Shown piece after piece: positions 1 through 11,276 of a stretch of 64,000 nucleotides of DNA. The notes beneath the pieces are model-generated. The model searched no databases, was not told where the DNA came from, and saw only the letters and a list, made by a program, of their open reading frames with translations. Numbering within the stretch: the stretch's first letter is position 1; each line of letters starts with the position of its first letter. Source of the DNA: Raillietiella orientalis (taxonomy: Eukaryota); assembly GCA_036172245.1 (NCBI GenBank), contig JAYWIR010000034.1, positions 806,001 through 870,000 on the forward strand, in the 5' to 3' direction. A program made the translations under genes and the position numbers.

Positions 1-3000
1 AGGGTCGGCTTCCCGTTTCACCCAAGGAGAGGAGTTTCGCGGAAGCGACACCGTCGCTTTCCCTGCGTCGCACCGGTCATCTCTCTGGCGACCGATGCGC
101 AGGGGGTATAGGCGAACAGTAGGAGGGAAAACTGATCCTCCGCTTCCAAAGTCCAGTCCAAAGAGTGGTTTCGCTGTCGGCCTGGAAACCATTTGGTAAA
201 CGAAGCTTCCGGAATGAGAAATCGCCACTTCGCTATCGGCCATAGCGAGGGAGCCTGCTCTCGAGCGGTCCAGGCTAAATCCGTGTCAGCTGCTCTCTTG
301 GGTTCCTCCAGCAGCGAAAGTGAAGAATGCTTCTGGTGCTTCTCCTCCAGCACGTACGGCACAAAGAGCATGAGGTTCCAGAAGTCGTCTTCTGAAAAAA
401 AAACCCTTGTGATGATCCAGGGAATCGCTCGGGAGGACCCCAGAAGACCCGCTCTAGCGACTCCCTAGCGCGCAGGATGCCCAGAGGCTAACGAAGACTG
501 CGAACCAAAGTGGGGACGAGAGTCAGTCACGGGAATTCTCTGGAGAGGACCGAAACTGCCGAATCGACCTTCAGGATCTCCAGCACCTCCCAGCATGCAG
601 CATCCCGGATGCAGAGGGCGCGGTCCATAAGACCAGGAACCTTCCAGAGATCCACGCCTGGTTCCGCTTCTCACGAGAAGACGCACATGCACTCTTGATG
701 GTGACAGAGTTCCCACCCAAGTGGCTGAGGAACGTTGCCTGCCCTGATCTGCAGCTTGCGATGCGGTTTGCACTCCCCTCTGTCCCACAGTATCACAGTG
801 CTTAGACCACCTTTGACGATTTCGAAATCACCCGGCACTGGAGCGAGATGATAAACCCGCAATCGACGGGCCTGAAGCTCATTTTCGGATCCTTCGGGAT
901 CTTGGAGGGACCAGACTCCTGGACTGTTGCGTTAACGGGCTCGTTGGCTCCAGAGTTCTTGGAACGGAGAAGACGGAAAGGGAAGGCGCCTTTCAGGGCA
1001 AGTGGTCAGCCCCCTGGTGTGAAACGTCCGAGAACGCGTCTTCGGCCTGAGCAAAAGTCCCATTACACTCACCCGGAGAGCGGTTCCTGCATCTGGACAG
1101 GAGCCAGCAGCACCGGATTGGAGTTCAGTGCTACTGCTGCAAAGTGGGGTTTCTCTTCCCTGGCCTGACGGTGGGCCCGAGCAAACAGCTCCACCTTTCT
1201 TTCTGCTCTTTGCTTGCTAGTCTGCTAGTGCAGCAGGGTGAATCAGCAGCGCACAGGTGCTGCTGCGATGGCACAGCAGACCGAACGTCTTCGACTTCTG
1301 ACCCTTCCGCTGGAGGATCCCATGGAGCTCAAAGAATGATGGGCGGGGAGGGAAACCTATAGGCGCTTCTCGCCACCACGAGGTCTGCCTAGAAGCACAC
1401 TGCGTCCAGGCAGCTCACCGGACACTCTTTGATTTCCTGTCTTGGAAAAAGTGGAAAGTCGTCTCCACTCCTCTGAGACGGGCAGCCAACCCTTCCTCAA
1501 AAAGAATAGAGGTGTACGTAGCAAACAGACGCATGATGTGGGGAAACGGATTACATCCGCGCGTGCCTCAGGTATTTGACAATCCCGAAGGAATTCGGAA
1601 CCGAATCGAGTCGGCCCCGGGACTCCCACAGAATCTCCCAGGAGAACTGGTTCCCGACCGGCTTCCCTCCTTTATAGTTGCTTCGGTACGAGGACGACGT
1701 CTTGCGCACCGGACTGCTACCATCTCGGGGGGAAGCACCAGGTTGCCGTGACGGCGGCATTGCGGGACTGCAGGAAGCTCGCGCGCGCTAACGGCCTCCT
1801 TGTTGGAGAGCGCACGCGCTGTACCAGAATCCGGAACGAAGGACGCATCTTCGCTGTTCTCCTGCATCCGCTTCACTCACGCACTTATGCTCGCCCTACG
1901 TCTGAGGAACCAGGAGATGTCGCTTCCCACACATCTTCCGGGTTGGAATCAGCCCCATGGATTGTGGCGATCGAAGGAACGTCTTGAATTCTCCCCCGAG
2001 AAGGAGACAGAATGTCTGCTGGATGCTCAAGTGCGGAGGGCGATACCTGTCGAGGCAAGGAGGTTCCAATCCTCACCTCCTCTCTACCTCGGCACCGGGG
2101 TTTTTCGCCACTGAGACAAGCACGGGAGGAAGCAAGGATGGTAACAGCGAGAGGGAAGAATCTCGGTTCAAAAGTGGGGATATGGAATCGAAGACGTCCT
2201 TGGACGTGTTCAGTGAATGCATCTTTGCCCACGATCCAGGAAGGCTCGTCCATCCGAACACGTTCCATGAGCAGGAGGTGGAAATGATGCTGCCAACGTG
2301 AAGCAAGCCATCTGGTCTGCGCGCGAGATCGCCTGCCTGCTATCGTCCCAGGATAGAAATTGCAAATTCTTGTGCATTCGACCTGCCCATTTGCAACAAA
2401 TCGCACGAACGTCCTTCACACGAAGGAGGCTGCGACTTTTAGGTGTTTGGCCTTCCAGATGGAAAAGCTGCTTCCTTGCGTTCATGCTCTCTGCTTCTCT
2501 TTCTCGAGTCAGGGAACTTGCAGCATCCACTCAGCAACAAGGCGTTGATTAAGTTTTATGGTCCGATTCGAGCTGGACTCCCATCATCTTTTCCCCGCTA
2601 TCGAAAGAGCTGCACGCGGGGAGTGCAAAACAAACCAGAGATGCGGCAAGCAGGAATCATGTCAGCAGGAAACTGGAACGATTCCTTTGATCTCCGCTTT
2701 TTCCTGGATGCAAAATGCTTCCAGATCCTGACGTTCCGTCCCAAGACGAAAATCCTTTCATCAAGCAACTGGATGCTTGCATTCAACGCGATGGCCTCGG
2801 GTAATGAAGCAGCAAAGGAAATCGAGTGCGAGCGTAGCAGAGTATCCAGAATCGTCGGGTGCCACCACGAAAAAGGTCATCCCTACCTTTCCCCCCTCAC
2901 CCCACCCTCACCCTTTTTCCCTGTGCAGCGAAGCGATCTCTTGCTTTTCCGGTAAATTCATCATGAAATTCCTCCCAAGACAAATTTCTTGAGGTCCGAA

Positions 3001-3820
3001 CATCAGCGGGAAAAGAGCGATAACGTCCTGTAGGGCAATTAAGGTGGAAACGTCCGTTGGGTCTGTCTGGCGTGCATTCACCGGCAGCTCCGACAGACAC
3101 CGGCGGCTCCATCTGCCGACGTTCAGCTTGACGATAGCAGGCCGAACTCAGCAATGTTTGGTCCCGAATGAATCGATTGATATCATTCCATCTCCCCATC
3201 TCCCGCTTCTACAGCCCATGAGTGATTCCTGGACCTGCAGCAAAGTATCTTTCTTAGGGAAGATAAAAACGTGCTGTTTGCGATGTTCGTGGACAGTGAC
3301 GGCTGCAAGAAGCGAAAAGATCCAAGCAGGAGTTCGGGGTTGCTATAATGACTTTCCTCTCAATTTTAGGGGTCAGCCACCCGTGCGAAGACAAGGGTTG
3401 AGGCATGTGACTAATTGAGTCCCGCTCGACAACTCTCGTAAGAGTCGAACGTGCTTTGACAGCTTGAAGACACCTTTGGACATCTTTTTCGGTACATCCG
3501 TCCACGTTTCCCATCTTCCTGGTTTAAGGGATGCGAGCTGGCCCCAGAGCTTCCATGACAGGCACGTCTTCGAGAACCCAGCAGCACCTACTGGTCTTTT
3601 CTTACCGCTCGTCTCCCCCCACCAGCTATTCCAGCAGGCTATCCGACCCTCGGGGTTCTTGTGCGTGCGTTTCAAGCAGAGCTAGTTCCTTGCTCTGCTT
3701 GAGACGAGCCGCCTCCGGCAAGGAGAACTGCCTCCTCTGGCAAGCAGCCCGCTCGCTGAGAATGCACTCCTCGATTCGAAAAAAGGAAGAAAGAAAGAGA
3801 AAGGAGAGAGCCTACTCCGC
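1..3820 (-). mobile_element. Heavily degraded APE-type non-LTR retrotransposon (L1/Tx1-like), running off the window start
   Basis: Minus-strand fragments in the expected order: decayed CCHC knuckle (KTCLSWKLWGQLASL, ~3530-3570), post-endonuclease 'MNASIQLLDE' (~2780), KSPGPDG-like 'TSPGSSD' (~1910), and a C-terminal Trp-rich segment (18-371). Many stops and frameshifts. Shares a ~140-bp segment with the adjacent copy. Confidence 0.5.
2501..2644. repeat. Dispersed direct repeat, copy 1 (partner 4853-4996)
   Basis: Both copies contain GCATCCACYCAGCARCAAGG..TGATTAAGTTTTAYGGTCYGATTCGAGCTGG..CATCATCTTTTCCCCGCTA; about 80% identical by eye. Confidence 0.85.
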
Positions 3821-3821
3821 T

Positions 3822-4996
3822 TATACTCAGGATCTCCGGTACCTTTATTGAAAAACCATAAACGTTACAGGATGATAGGGTCATTGGTCCTATCAAGTCC
3901 TGGTGTGTGCACAGCCTGCCGAGTGTCCGGTGCACAGGCCGGGGAGGATGGTCTCAACAGCAGAGGGGGTGGGAAGAACAAAATTTTTTTTAAAAGAATT
4001 CAAAAGTAGCTATAAATAACTCCGGAAGGCACGGGAAGGGATCACTGCCTGCTGGGGGCCGTCCCCCGCATCCTCTGCAGGATGCCGGCAAGTTCTTTGG
4101 TTTTCTTCGAGTGGGCCATCTCGTTGCCCTCCGCCCGTAGGGCGAAGTGAATGACGTCCCTGCCGCTTCCTCCTCCTCTGGCTGCTCTCTAGGCCGCTAC
4201 AGTTCCGCGTAGGCAGCAAAGAGCTGTGCTAGGGATGCTGCCGGGGGCATTGCGGAGAGCCGAGGTGCGAAGCGCAGGAGTCTTCGCCAAAGAGTCAATT
4301 CAACCTGACTTCTCTGAATCTTTCCCGTCCTTCCTGTCCCTCCTCTTCGACCCGCTGCAGCATCGGATCGCGAGCTGGAGATCCCATCACGCGCCGGGAA
4401 CGCTCTGTGCAAATGGACTGCTAATTCGGGAAATAGGCTGATCCGGACTCCACTGTGTTTGTTTGTACCCAAACAGGACGACGATACCGTGGCGTCAGAT
4501 GCTTTCAAGGGACACTTGAGGATAACTCCAGGCTTGTCCTCTTAATAAGGCGGTGACGGATCTTCGGCAAACGAAGACTTTTGGCGGACCTTCCTTCTCG
4601 ATCAATCCGAGGAACGCGATAAAGAACACCCCACACTCCCTCGACCAAAGTGCCCGTTCGTGTAACCTTCTCGGTCTGAAGGAACCCTACAAAGTCTGGA
4701 GGCAATTCATGAGCGTGTGCGGGGTCAGCTCGCTTGTTCATTTCGGGATGAATTGCAGACTTTTGTACATCCGAAGTGCCCACTTTCCATGTATAATTTT
4801 TGGACCTCAGCAGGGTGTTTTTTTGCTTTTTTTCCTTCTTTCCACACTTTTTTTCTTGAGTAGGGAAACCTGTAGCATCCACCCAGCAGCAAGGCTCTGA
4901 TTAAGTTTTACGGTCTGATTCGAGCTGGGCTTTCATCATCTTTTCCCCGCTACCCGAAGAGGTGCACGCGGAGAGCGGCAAGACAAACCAGAAACG
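3822..4996 (-). mobile_element. L1/Tx1-like non-LTR element, internally deleted, with recognisable 3' end (family copy A)
   Basis: ORF2 C-terminal remnant LCCLRGTVAA*...RDVIHFALR...ELAGILQRMRGTAPSRQ* (stop 4042-4044), followed by TCCCTTCC, a T-rich tract, hairpins and AATAAA (3844-3849). Confidence 0.7.
4853..4996. repeat. Dispersed direct repeat, copy 2 (partner 2501-2644)
   Basis: Direct sequence match to 2501-2644. Confidence 0.85.
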
Positions 4997-7312
4997 CACT
5001 TTTATGCACACGCGAATCCAATAACACAAAGAGCAATGTATGTGTACAGTACGGTACACTTTAGAAATTTTCATCAGAAAGATGATGTGTATAGAAGGAG
5101 CGCAGCTAAGAAGGAGCCTTTTGTCGTATGTGCCAGTACAAAGACAAGGTGTTTCGTTAAATATTATTTATTGCACTCTGCTAACTGACAAAAGCATTTT
5201 TTTGCCACAGTCACGACAGGATCCAAATTTGATTTGCAGTCCCACAGAGGGCTGCATCCCTCTAGCAGAGGTGCAGAACCGGTTCAAGAGTCCCTAAGCT
5301 GCACGTAGGGGATCCAGGGCTCCGAATTCCTCAGCCTCGAACGCTGCGGAAGACTTTTCAGTAGCTTTGGTGCCTCTTTTTTCTTCCATTTTTTTGTCAG
5401 CATCAGGAAAGCAAACTCAAGAGGAGCTGCAGTGGGAAAGTAAATTTCTTACCGATTGCCGGCGTCGCTGATTTTCTTACCGATTTGCCTTCCTTTCACT
5501 TGCAGCTAATCAATCAACCGTACCGTGCTCGTTTGCCAGAAAGGCAATTCGTGATCGCTTTCTCCGTGGTCACTTTTGTTTTCGTTCGCTAGAATTAACC
5601 GATTCGCGCAAAGTACACCTTAATGGGTGTTCTGATTTTTCAATAAGCTAAGTCTCTTTAATTTCCAAACTTCGGAACCACGCAGAGCTTCTAGCATATA
5701 ATTGCTGGAAGTTTTAAGACGGTAGAGCTTACAAGCGTGACGAGAGTTCGGTGCCCATGAAGGCATCGGAAAAGAAACCGAGTGAATTAAATTCTTGCGA
5801 ATATAAAGTGAAATATGGAAAGTTTTGTCACTCTTGAATGCAATTTACAATATCTACAGATTATCTTGGACCATTCAAAAGTAGCACACCTGTCTTTTCA
5901 CATGATATTCGTAAGTGCATGATATTCACTCGATTAATGAACACTGTAGCAAATAAAAAAAAAAAAAATAGTTCCATTTCTGAGGGTGTGGTGCTCATTT
6001 GTTTTCGATTCTTTAAAACAGCATTTCCCAAACTTTTCCTATGACGGGACACTTCACAAATCCTAAAATTTTAACGGAATGCTCTGGTTATTTTATAGAG
6101 TAGGTAGATATTCATAAAAAGTAAAGTGAACAAGTACAAATAAAAGTTAAGAAAACAAAACAAACATTTACTCTCAAATTTTAATTATGTAAAACAAAAC
6201 ACATGAAAATAGTAAAATAAACTTAATAGCTTTTGAAATATATTAATTTTCATAATTATTCACGGAGACACTTCTTGACTTTCCGCGGAACACAGGTTGG
6301 GAAACGCTGCTTTAGGAGATTCCCAGAAGTTCCGAAGGATTTCTGGTATCAAATACATCGGAAGCACATTGGGAATACTGCTTTTGGTTTTATTGTCACA
6401 TCTTATGCTTCTCGATCAATGGCACATCCTGCATTGCCAACCGGGAAAGGTTGCAAATTTATCTAAATCCAGCCTCTTGTTTTTCTAACTTTTAGAACCG
6501 CTTCGGCGCAAAGCTTCGAAATTTGGATTAGCCGATTTAAAGTCGAGACGGTTCAAGTGAAAAAGAAAAGGCAAAAAAAAAAAAAAAAAAAAAAGAATGT
6601 GTTATTTAGCGTCGTCTCCATCCTCACAGTTTACGAACGCAAGCAGGAGCAACACAGGAGCGTTGACGATCACGGTAAGAGACGAAAGTCTTATTTGCAT
6701 ATGAAACGGAATCTGCTACCGTCGAAAACGGCCACTTTCGGTTTTGAAACCGAAAATCGACGCCGAAAAGTGCAGAATCGAGCCGAAGTCGCGTTTCGCA
6801 ATTCCGGAACGCACGTGCGTTCGAGGCGTCGGCACGTTTTTCCCGCACCACGCGAGATGGCAGCGGTGCGCTTTTCGAACGAACGCTGCCCGAGCGCCGC
6901 GAGAGCCGACTGCCCCGCGTTGCCCATTCCAAACCCTGTGGTTCGTGCTGACTCGGCCCGAAACAAAGACGCACGTTTGCATCCAGCCCCATTAAACACA
7001 CAGCTCATTCGAAAAGTTTACTCAAATAAGCCACGAGCCACGAGGACGAGCAGAATAGGTGAAGATAACTGCTCTTTTTCCTTACCCAAATTGTCCGCTG
7101 CCCACTTCCTCTCCGCTGCTATGTTTTTGAAAAAGTCAAGATATGGAAGTAGTTAAGTACCACAGTAATCCATGCAGGTACCAGAAGAGTCCTCTCGGGC
7201 ATTCTGGAGTTGTTGTTGCTGCTCGAGTAATCTGCTTTTCTTGTTTTTGTTTTTTCTAGTTTCGAAATGTAGAAGAATCAAAAACAAAGCATGAACTTCA
7301 AAATGCATTATG

Positions 7313-7342
<30 letters not shown>
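7313..7342. repeat. Compound (TC)n(TA)n microsatellite
   Basis: Run of TC dinucleotides followed directly by a run of TA dinucleotides. Confidence 0.9.
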
Positions 7343-7343
<1 letters not shown>

Positions 7344-8200
7344 CAGCAAGGATAAAATCTGCTTCATCCCATAAATTTCATCTAGAAAGAGCAGTGACAT
7401 TTACAGTAGTGAAGTGGTTTCAGTTGCCTCCCTCTTGTGTTGCTATTAAACGATCGAATTAAATTAACAAAAAAAAAAAAAAAAGGAAAGATCGAATGGA
7501 AACCCTGGAATCCATGCATGAAAATGTAGCTCTCAGAGAACTTGCGAATGATGCATGGGTGCCACTTGCAGAAGAAAAGTAATAGTTTCGAGTAATCACT
7601 CAGCATTTAATTTAACTGCTTCTTAAGCCATCCGGAGGAACAAATGGCAACCGCACTCATCGTAAATGCATTGATTCACAAAGCGGATAGATGCTGCATA
7701 AATTTCATTGAAGGGAAAATTCACGAGATCTCCAAGACCGCGATCAGCAGCACCGTATCCCCCTTCTTCGTCTTTGCGTGCCGAGTTGAAAAAGACAATA
7801 AGTGGCATGAGAATGGTATGCAACCATTAGAACTCCGTGCCTACAGGGGAATCGAGGGGCTGATACCTGGTAGGGAAATCAGCCAATCCAACTCCAGTTG
7901 ACCTCTCACCCAACCCATTCGGAGGCTGGCGCGCACTTTGTGTTCCATGCCAGTTTCGACAAAACTCTGACTGCCTTGCAGCTGTTGGGGAACAAGGAAC
8001 ACTTCTGCAACAACACAGCAGAGCAGATAGGCAGTGGAAACCAAGAACTACCTTACCGTGACCACGGGAAAAAAAAGAAACGTCGCTAGGTAAATCCCGT
8101 CGATGCTATTTAGAGCTTCTTCATTCTCGCCAAAAATACGTATGTAACCAAGACCCTGGACTCCGGTTTAAACTCTCCAAGAAAAAGCCTCCTTGATGAA

Positions 8201-10220
8201 ATTTTTTTTTTGATTCGCCAAATGCTGAAGAACCGTCCGCTTCTTCAGGGGGCTACGAAATTGCTGTCCACGCCACTCGAGGGTACTTGTTAACAAGTAA
8301 GAGGGTATCCCGGGAGGGGGACCACCCTTTGAATCCGGGAAGGCTCCGGGGGAAGGATTCGTTTCCTCTCTTGCCTAGGGGAACCCGAAGGGAGCCCTCG
8401 CCATGGTTATCTCTGAAGAGGACCCCGACGGGAACCCCTTCCTTATTCTCTTCAGAGGGACCCCCTGGAAAGGATCCGCTCCTTGCATCCTTCTCTGAAG
8501 AGAACCCCGAAGGGACGCTTCTCAATTTCTCTAAAGGGCTGCTCCCCGAAGGGAGAGTACGCTTCTTACACTCTGGAGAGGCAACCCTCCGATACGGCTC
8601 TCCATGCTACGGCTCCATTTTCGCAACCTAAGGGGCATCCCAAACTGAACCAGCGCTCCTTGATTCCTGGAAGGAGCCCGGAGGGTCAACTTCCCATCCC
8701 GGCCAGTGTACGGGGCATCCGGCTTCCACCAGTGCCTCGCCCGAAGGCCATAGGCCACCCAGCGTCGACCTGAGAGCGGGGACTCGAAAACCCAGGACGC
8801 CTCCCCCATTTCTCTAGCGTCGATCCTTTCCCCGTTGGGGCTCGTAACCACAACGCTTCGCACCACGCGCGGAGGCCGCCACAGTCCCGCGAACGCGCAC
8901 AATTAATGGAATCTTCGTCTGTTGACGGAGATGGGAGATCCCCCCCCCCCCTTCTCCCTTCAAACCCAGTGAATGAAGTGTGCGTGATTTCCGTTTTTAT
9001 CGGCAAATCAAGGAGTCCTGAGCTATTTTCCCATCCCGAGGGCTCTATTGGCTTGAGCGTGAACTGAAGGAGACTTGGGAAAATCAAAATCGCTGCAATG
9101 CAACGCGAGCTCAGTGCGAGGATGAACGTCTACCGGGCCACCCAATATGGATGCCAAGCAGAAATGGCTCCTGATGTTGAACTTCAAGAAGAAGCTCGGT
9201 TTTGCGTTGGGCTGTTTTGACTTCGAGAGATGTGAACTCGAAATCGCAACTACAGGTAGAAGACTTTCCTTCAAGCCAAGTGGTGTCTCCTCGCATCAGC
9301 CCCTCTGGTTCGAGACATTTCCATGTTTCGGCACCGGACTCAGGTGGCTCCGTGTCACTTAATTTCTTCCACCCTTTTGGAAACACTCCAAATGACGACA
9401 CGATGCAGTGCACAATCTCCTCTCCATGCAAGGAAAATCTCATCCCATTGCCATCGGCGTCAGAGATCTTCACTACTCCATGTAAAACTGTTCTCGGTGT
9501 ACGGGGTTTTGATTGCTTAAGAACGCCATCAGCACTTTTAATGGTTGCCATAGCACCGTACAATATTTTGGGCAAATAGCAAGCGCCTGATACTGGACGG
9601 ATTGATGTGCACTCAGATAACTGTTTACGCATTTCGTGTCTCTCTCGAGCACTTGACCAACCATCATGAAATGTCCTCACATCAAGTGCTTTCAACGTGA
9701 TCCACCTTCGTGCATCCACTCTTTGATTCATAGAGTGCCGCTGAAGCTGAAATGAAGTATCTGACGTTCCCTGTAGAGGCGAGAACTTCGGAAAAGGTTC
9801 TTCGGAGCAACGTGCGGATTTCATCCGCGAGCATCGCCCTGAAAGTGGTGTCAGCACAGCAGCGACAGCAAAAAAATCGAGAGCTTTCTAGAGCGCGAAG
9901 CTGCAAGGCTGCAAGGCTACTTCCAAGAGCAGCCAAAGCCAACATCAGCGTCTCCTCTTTATTACCTCGCCGGAAATCCCCACACGCCTTCCCTCACCCT
10001 CCAGTACCCTCGTGAAGCTAATGAAAATATGTTTTTGCGGTACCCGGGACAAGCGCGTTCGGCGACGTCTCCGAAGGGACACCGTGCTTGCACGCGCGTG
10101 TCCCCGGATTACCGTGGATTCGGTTTCGCGCCGAGCCTTGTGGTGGTTGCGCTGACTTGGCCTGATCCGCTGCAGTCCGCAAGCAGCCGAGTGGACCTGC
10201 CGCTCTTTGAGTAACGGCAC
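8201..10220 (-). mobile_element. Degenerate RLE-type non-LTR retrotransposon (NeSL/Utopia-like), copy 1, with poly(A) tail
   Basis: Minus-strand remnants in order: 'LLAD' (YADD-like, ~10170), 'GSSLAALQLRALESSRFF...DEIRTLLRRTF' (thumb, cf. SxLAPWQxxDAL), 'LYESKSG', 'KTAQRK..RSHF..*TFIL' (cf. KPDQGK..SNHF..WRFIHRARLN). Then a ~500-bp 3' UTR and an A-tail at 8202-8211. Homologous to 11.3-12 kb and 13.8-14 kb. Confidence 0.6.
8370..8595. repeat. About six degenerate tandem ~40-nt units in the 3' UTR of the RLE element
   Basis: Recurring TCTCTGAAGAGRACCCCGAAGGGA-like core at about 8410, 8448, 8491, 8528 and 8571. Similar array at ~11470-11730. Confidence 0.65.
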
Positions 10221-10312
10221 GGGAGACTTTCTTTCTTTCTTTTCGTTAAAAACAAAGAAAAAAAGGTCAGTAGCGACCTCCCGAGGAGATGGTCACTATT
10301 GGTCTAGGATGA

Positions 10313-11200
10313 TTATCCCCCGGTTATGCCGGGGCATTTATTACATAAAGCAATAAAAAAACTTTGGTGCGGTAGAACCGTTGGTTCTACTACGTGCAAC
10401 GAACCTGGCGAAGAGCGGTGCTCAGACAGGCGAGGTCCGCTTCGGCCGCGTGAGGGAAGGGGAAACAATAAACAAATAAATAAATAAACATGCAAAACAG
10501 GAGAGGGAAATTATACACAGGGAGAGGGAGGAGGACCGAGGAAGGGATCACAATACGCTGCCAAGCGTCCTCTGCATCCTGCTCAAGAGTCTAAGTTCTG
10601 TCCGTGTCGCCCAGGTGGGCCATCTCGAGGCAGTCCTCAGGAAGATCCGCACCCAGTGGATGGAGTCCCTGCCATTTCGGCCTCTTCTTTTACAGTTCCA
10701 GGCCTCCACGATCCCGCGAACACTGGCGAGGGATTGGGCAGGTGGCAGTGCGGCACACGCAAAGAGGCGTCTGAAAATGTCCCTGGGGACGCCCGCAGGG
10801 ATAACTAGGGTCATAGCGAGGCGATCCCAAAGGGAACGGAGGGCAGCATAGTCCAAAATAAGGTGTGGTACGGTCTCTTCCTTCCCCCACCGAGCGACCA
10901 CGCTATCCCGTGTCCAGCGGTGAAGGTGCTCTTTGTATGGGATTCCTCCATACAACACCAACAGCGCCGACCCCTGCCACCTGAGGGAGAGGGCATCACT
11001 GTTCCAGCACGCCGGGGCCACTTCACGTCCTCCGGAGGGATGTCGAGCAGCTCTCCCCAGCGTAGAAGTCCTTGGGATGGGACGCTCGGGGTCGCAGCGT
11101 CCGTCACTTCCCGAGTTGTCCACGACCCCAGAAGTTTCTTCTTTGTTGCTATGCACGTCACTTTCCACCTTAACTGAATTACGCTATTACTTGGATTTCT
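10313..11200 (-). mobile_element. L1/Tx1-like non-LTR 3' fragment (family copy B)
   Basis: ORF 10548-11168 carries a decayed C-terminal zinc motif (WGKEETVPHLILDY..LW) and 'VRGIVEAW...LRTASRWP...LLSRMQ'. Then TGATCCCTTCC, T-rich tract, hairpins, AATAAA (10337-10342). Confidence 0.75.
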
Positions 11201-11276
11201 TAAGGAGGGCAACACTGGGGTAAGGGGGGTAGAGGATATCCTTTTGGGTTCTTCTGTTTTCGCGAATTCCCTTCTA

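Noticed and set aside
5427..5490. Tandem TTTCTTACCGATT repeats forming minus-strand GTAAGA donors and a possible 54-nt intron
   Set aside because: Flanking frames are short or contain stops; no supportable gene.
6557..7156. 199-aa ORF in a CpG-rich patch
   Set aside because: Begins in a poly(A) run with a non-ATG start, has no recognisable domain, and is more likely a regulatory or UTR patch.
8370..8595. Repeat array considered as CRISPR-like
   Set aside because: Units are degenerate without unique spacers, lie in a retrotransposon UTR, and the DNA is eukaryotic.
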